IMG/VR virus record: IMGVR_UViG_2737471862_000005
Coordinates: 1 to 10,625 of that record
DNA from: a virus
Taxonomy: Duplodnaviria; Heunggongvirae; Uroviricota; Caudoviricetes
Length of the DNA stretch: 10,625 nt
Reading direction: 5' to 3' (one strand)
Notes under the pieces: generated by a model
Told to the model about the DNA's origin: nothing
The model's input: only the letters and a program-made list of their open reading frames with translations
Databases searched by the model: none
Part shown: in pieces, positions 7,200 to 10,625 of the stretch
Layout of the letters: each line of letters opens with the position of its first letter
Position numbering within the stretch: position 1 is the first letter of the stretch
Translations under genes and position numbers: made by a program

Positions 7200-7211
7200 G
7201 TGACATGTCAC
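7200..7211. promoter_or_regulatory. Perfect 12-bp palindrome GTGACATGTCAC in the 28-bp spacer between the 112-aa and 142-aa genes; candidate operator
   Basis: Exact dyad symmetry read directly from the sequence; lies just 5' of the GGAGG SD (7213-7217) of the 142-aa ORF. Confidence 0.4.
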
Positions 7212-7221
7212 GGAGGCGGCA

Positions 7222-7650
7222 ATGAAATTAGACCAGCAATATCTAAAAGATCTACTTATCGCATTCGAAAAAACTCGTGGCCCTGACACGATGCTTAGTG
7301 AACTAGAGGATAATGGCTTTAATAGATATGACCAAGATTTTATTTTCCATATGCGATTATTATGTGACTACGAATTAATAGTCAGGGTTGATGGAAAACC
7401 TGGGTTCGGTCATATATTGTCCAAAGCGTTAGGGGAAGGTGTTGGATATAGTTGGATCGAAGTACCACTGAGGTTGACAGCAAGAGGGCATGATTTTATT
7501 GCTGACTTACGTCAAAAGGATGTCTGGCAAGCTATAAAAACAAACTTTAAGGATGAGGGAATTAGTACACTTATGAGTGTTTCAAAATCACTAGCAAAAG
7601 GCTTTGCAAGGAAAAAGATAAAAGATATTACAGGAATAGATATTGAATAA
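7222..7650 (+). CDS. Hypothetical 142-aa cytoplasmic protein; AT-rich cargo gene
   Basis: Strong SD GGAGG 5 nt upstream of the ATG; no signal peptide; visibly AT-rich; followed by a terminator. Confidence 0.7.
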   Translation: MKLDQQYLKDLLIAFEKTRGPDTMLSELEDNGFNRYDQDFIFHMRLLCDYELIVRVDGKPGFGHILSKALGEGVGYSWIEVPLRLTARGHDFIADLRQKDVWQAIKTNFKDEGISTLMSVSKSLAKGFARKKIKDITGIDIE

Positions 7651-7695
7651 TTCTTAGCATCAAGCAACTACTGCCTTTGGTGGAAATTATATCTG

Positions 7696-7720
7696 AACTC
7701 GCTACGGCGAGTTTTGTTTT
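7696..7720 (+). terminator. Intrinsic terminator downstream of the 142-aa gene
   Basis: AACTCGC (7696-7702) / GCGAGTT (7707-7713), 4-nt loop TACG, followed by TTGTTTT (7714-7720). Confidence 0.55.
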
Positions 7721-7733
7721 ATGGAGATGATAA

Positions 7734-7901
7734 ATGCACTTCCGAGTCACAGGTAAATGGAATGGAGAGCCATTCAACAGGGTTATCGAAGCAGAGAACA
7801 TCAACGACTGTTATAACCACTGGATGATATGGGCGCAGATAGCACATGCAGACGTAACCAATATTCGAATTGAAGAACTGAAAGAACACCAAGCCGCCTG
7901 A
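7734..7901 (+). CDS. orf55: Exo-xis region protein Orf55
   Basis: 55-codon ORF (MHFRVTGKWNGEPFNRVIEAENINDCYNHWMIWAQIAHADVTNIRIEELKEHQAA) with SD GGAG 8 nt upstream; below the ORF-track size cutoff; lies immediately upstream of xis. Confidence 0.65.
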   Translation: MHFRVTGKWNGEPFNRVIEAENINDCYNHWMIWAQIAHADVTNIRIEELKEHQAA

Positions 7902-7914
7902 TGGCGGTTTTTTC
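7893..7914 (+). terminator. Weak candidate terminator overlapping the orf55 stop
   Basis: GCCGCC (7893-7898) / GGCGG (7903-7907) with loop TGAT, followed by TTTTTTC. Confidence 0.3.
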
Positions 7915-7955
7915 TTGCGTGTAATTGCGGAGACTTTGCGATGTACTTGACACTT
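7915..7955 (+). promoter_or_regulatory. pI (int promoter) region with cII-type TTGC-N6-TTGC recognition motif
   Basis: TTGC at 7915-7918 and 7925-7928 separated by 6 nt, just upstream of and overlapping the xis 5' end, as in lambda pI. Confidence 0.55.
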
Positions 7956-8159
7956 CAGGAGTGGAACGCACGCCAGCGACGCCCAAGAAGCCTTGAAACA
8001 GTTCGTCGATGGGTACGCGAGTGCAGGATATTCCCTCCTCCGGTTAAGGATGGAAGAGAGTATCTGTTCCACGAATCAGCGGTAAAGGTTGACTTAAATC
8101 GACCAGTAACAGGTAGCCTTTTGAAGAGGATCAGAAATGGGAAGAAGGCGAAGTCATGA
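7941..8159 (+). CDS. xis: Excisionase Xis
   Basis: 72-aa translation MYLTLQEWNARQRRPRSLETVRRWVRECRIFPPPVKDGREYLFHESAVKVDLNRPVTGSLLKRIRNGKKAKS matches lambda Xis; 3' end overlaps int by 23 nt. Confidence 0.95.
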   Translation: MYLTLQEWNARQRRPRSLETVRRWVRECRIFPPPVKDGREYLFHESAVKVDLNRPVTGSLLKRIRNGKKAKS

Positions 8160-9207
8160 GCGCCGGGATTTACCCCCTAACCTTTATATAAGAAACAATG
8201 GATATTACTGCTACAGGGACCCAAGGACGGGTAAAGAGTTTGGATTAGGCAGAGACAGGCGAATCGCAATCACTGAAGCTATACAGGCCAACATTGAGTT
8301 ATTTTCAGGACACAAACACAAGCCTCTGACAGCGAGAATCAACAGTGATAATTCCGTTACGTTACATTCATGGCTTGATCGCTACGAAAAAATCCTGGCC
8401 AGCAGAGGAATCAAGCAGAAGACACTCATAAATTACATGAGCAAAATTAAAGCAATAAGGAGGGGTCTGCCTGATGCTCCACTTGAAGACATCACCACAA
8501 AAGAAATTGCGGCAATGCTCAATGGATACATAGACGAGGGCAAGGCGGCGTCAGCCAAGTTAATCAGATCAACACTGAGCGATGCATTCCGAGAGGCAAT
8601 AGCTGAAGGCCATATAACAACAAACCCTGTCGCTGCCACTCGCGCAGCAAAATCAGAGGTAAGGAGATCAAGACTTACGGCTGACGAATACCTGAAAATT
8701 TATCAAGCAGCAGAATCATCACCATGTTGGCTCAGACTTGCAATGGAACTGGCTGTTGTTACCGGGCAACGAGTTGGTGATTTATGCGAAATGAAGTGGT
8801 CTGATATCGTAGATGGATATCTTTATGTCGAGCAAAGCAAAACAGGCGTAAAAATTGCCATCCCAACAACATTGCATGTTGATGCTCTCGGGATATCAAT
8901 GAAGGAAACACTTGATAAATGCAAAGAGATTCTTGGCGGAGAAACCATAATTGCATCTACTCGTCGTGAACCGCTTTCATCCGGCACAGTATCAAGGTAT
9001 TTTATGCGCGCACGAAAAGCATCAGGTCTTTCCTTCGAAGGGGATCCGCCTACCTTTCACGAGTTGCGCAGTTTGTCTGCAAGACTCTATGAGAAGCAGA
9101 TAAGCGATAAGTTTGCTCAACATCTTCTCGGGCATAAGTCGGACACCATGGCATCACAGTATCGTGATGACAGAGGCAGGGAGTGGGACAAAATTGAAAT
9201 CAAATAA
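8137..9207 (+). CDS. int: Tyrosine integrase Int
   Basis: 356-aa translation MGRRRSHERRDLPPNLYIRNNGYYCYRDPRTGKEFGLGRDRRIAITEAIQ... matches lambda Int at full length; stop codon abuts the P' arm. Confidence 0.97.
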   Translation: MGRRRSHERRDLPPNLYIRNNGYYCYRDPRTGKEFGLGRDRRIAITEAIQANIELFSGHKHKPLTARINSDNSVTLHSWLDRYEKILASRGIKQKTLINYMSKIKAIRRGLPDAPLEDITTKEIAAMLNGYIDEGKAASAKLIRSTLSDAFREAIAEGHITTNPVAATRAAKSEVRRSRLTADEYLKIYQAAESSPCWLRLAMELAVVTGQRVGDLCEMKWSDIVDGYLYVEQSKTGVKIAIPTTLHVDALGISMKETLDKCKEILGGETIIASTRREPLSSGTVSRYFMRARKASGLSFEGDPPTFHELRSLSARLYEKQISDKFAQHLLGHKSDTMASQYRDDRGREWDKIEIK

Positions 9208-9282
9208 TGATTTTATTTTGACTGATAGTGACCTGTTCGTTGCAACAAATTGATAAGCAATGCTTTTTTATAATGCCAACTT
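9208..9282 (-). promoter_or_regulatory. Lambda attP P' arm with arm-type Int sites
   Basis: Reverse complement of 9210-9229 gives AGGTCACTAT and CAGTCAAAAT; reverse complement of the whole segment matches the P' arm as I recall it (TTGGCATTATAAAAAAGCATTGCTTATCAATTTGTTGCAACGAACAGGTCACTATCAGTCAAAATAAAATCATT). Confidence 0.85.
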
Positions 9283-9297
9283 AGTATAAAAAAGCAG
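9283..9297 (-). repeat. attL core (15-bp common core), followed by the attB B arm
   Basis: ttagtataaaaaagc at 9283-9297, identical to 91-105; the next bases caggcttca are the reverse complement of the B arm TGAAGCCTG. Confidence 0.9.
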
Positions 9298-9341
9298 GCT
9301 TCAACGGATTCATTTTTCTATTTCATAGCCCGGAGCAACCT

Positions 9342-10625
9342 GTGAACACATTTTCAGTTTCCCGTCTGGCGCTGGCATTGGCTTTTGGCGTGACGCTGAC
9401 CGCCTGTAGCTCAACCCCGCCCGATCAACGTCCTTCTGATCAAACCGCGCCTGGTACCTCTTCTCGCCCGATTCTGTCGGCAAAAGAAGCGCAGAATTTC
9501 GATGCTCAACACTATTTTGCATCCCTGACACCAGGTGCTGCAGCGTGGAATCCTTCCCCGATTACCCTGCCTGCGCAACCTGACTTTGTTGTCGGCCCGG
9601 CGGGCACTCAAGGTGTAACGCATACCACGATTCAGGCGGCGGTAGATGCGGCAATTATCAAGCGTACCAACAAGCGCCAGTATATTGCCGTGATGCCTGG
9701 TGAGTATCAGGGAACGGTATATGTCCCTGCCGCTCCGGGTGGAATTACTCTGTACGGTACAGGTGAAAAACCGATTGATGTGAAGATTGGGCTTTCCCTT
9801 GATGGTGGCATGAGCCCTGCCGACTGGCGTCACGACGTCAACCCGCGCGGCAAATATATGCCAGGTAAACCAGCGTGGTATATGTACGATAGCTGCCAGA
9901 GCAAACGCAGCGACAGTATCGGTGTTCTCTGCTCTGCGGTCTTCTGGTCACAAAACAATGGCCTGCAACTGCAAAATCTGACCATCGAAAACACGCTGGG
10001 CGATAGCGTAGATGCAGGTAACCATCCGGCGGTGGCACTGCGTACTGATGGTGACCAGGTACAGATTAACAACGTTAACATTCTCGGTCGTCAGAACACC
10101 TTCTTTGTCACCAACAGCGGTGTGCAGAACCGTCTGGAAACGAATCGTCAGCCGCGTACGCTGGTGACCAACAGCTACATTGAAGGGGATGTGGATATCG
10201 TTTCTGGTCGCGGCGCAGTGGTGTTCGATAACACCGAATTCCGCGTGGTGAACTCACGTACTCAGCAAGAAGCGTATGTGTTTGCACCGGCTACGCTGTC
10301 CAACATTTACTACGGTTTCCTCGCCGTAAACAGCCGTTTCAATGCTTTCGGTGATGGTGTGGCGCAACTGGGCCGCTCGCTGGATGTTGATGCCAATACC
10401 AACGGTCAGGTGGTGATCCGTGATAGCGCCATCAACGAAGGTTTTAACACGGCTAAACCGTGGGCCGATGCGGTGATCTCTAATCGTCCGTTTGCGGGTA
10501 ATACCGGCAGCGTAGATGATAACGACGAAATACAGCGCAATCTGAATGACACTAACTACAACCGCATGTGGGAATACAATAACCGCGGCGTGGGTAGTAA
10601 AGTGGTTGCAGAGGCGAAGAAGTAA
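9342..10625 (+). CDS. ybhC: Host outer-membrane lipoprotein YbhC (pectinesterase-family acyl-CoA thioesterase)
   Basis: 427-aa ORF with GTG start, SD GGAG 8 nt upstream, signal peptide with lipobox LTAC; recognised as E. coli YbhC, the gene adjacent to attB. Confidence 0.9.
   Translation: MNTFSVSRLALALAFGVTLTACSSTPPDQRPSDQTAPGTSSRPILSAKEAQNFDAQHYFASLTPGAAAWNPSPITLPAQPDFVVGPAGTQGVTHTTIQAAVDAAIIKRTNKRQYIAVMPGEYQGTVYVPAAPGGITLYGTGEKPIDVKIGLSLDGGMSPADWRHDVNPRGKYMPGKPAWYMYDSCQSKRSDSIGVLCSAVFWSQNNGLQLQNLTIENTLGDSVDAGNHPAVALRTDGDQVQINNVNILGRQNTFFVTNSGVQNRLETNRQPRTLVTNSYIEGDVDIVSGRGAVVFDNTEFRVVNSRTQQEAYVFAPATLSNIYYGFLAVNSRFNAFGDGVAQLGRSLDVDANTNGQVVIRDSAINEGFNTAKPWADAVISNRPFAGNTGSVDDNDEIQRNLNDTNYNRMWEYNNRGVGSKVVAEAKK

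Larger units (their letters stand above)
91..9297 (-). mobile_element. Defective (cryptic) lambda prophage integrated at attB, inverted relative to the standard lambda map, with a large internal deletion
   Basis: Identical 15-bp cores at both ends; P arm and P' arm with arm-type Int sites; lambda int, xis, exo, tfa and stf recognisable by translation; no head, tail-shaft, lysis, replication or immunity genes between them. Confidence 0.9.

Noticed and set aside
91-9297. Reading the element as an intact or inducible lambda prophage, or as a phage satellite
   Set aside because: No capsid, terminase, replication or immunity genes are present, and the int-xis-exo and tfa-stf blocks are lambda's own, so a deletion remnant is the simplest reading.
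6944-10081. Remaining minus-strand ORFs (6944..7162, 7719..8072, 7801..7986, 8433..8639, 8759..8956, 9310..9531, 9411..9833, 9830..10081, 9838..10038)
   Set aside because: Antisense to the RHH gene, orf55, xis, int or ybhC; all explained as shadow ORFs of well-supported genes.
1-10625. tRNA, rRNA or insertion-sequence content
   Set aside because: Lambda attB is not a tRNA gene; I saw no cloverleaf-like segment, no terminal inverted repeats flanking a transposase-like ORF, and no rRNA-like sequence.

Overview
This window reads as the E. coli lambda attachment locus (gal-bio region) occupied by a ~9.2 kb defective lambda prophage. Host DNA lies at 1-90 (ybhB-side flank) and from 9298 onward (ybhC, 9342-10625). 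The prophage is bounded by two identical 15-bp att cores (91-105 and 9283-9297) with the lambda P arm and sib/tI hairpin inside the left junction (attR) and the P' arm inside the right junction (attL). The window + strand corresponds to the lambda l-strand. Retained lambda-like genes are tfa, the 3' two-thirds of stf, the last ~66 codons of bet fused directly to that stf fragment, then exo, orf60a, orf63, an orf61-like ORF, orf73 (TraR-like), an ea22-like ORF, orf55, xis and int. Everything that lies between stf and bet in a prophage (lom, J through A, cos, lysis, Q, replication, immunity, N/pL, gam) is absent, so this is a single-deletion remnant, not an inducible phage. Non-lambda, visibly AT-rich cargo sits at two places: a 239-aa gene next to attR, and in the exo-xis region a 204-aa secreted Cys-rich protein, a LexA/UmuD-type peptidase fragment, a small RHH-plus-zinc-ribbon protein and a 142-aa protein. 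All protein identifications are from recognition of the translated sequences by memory; no database search was possible.
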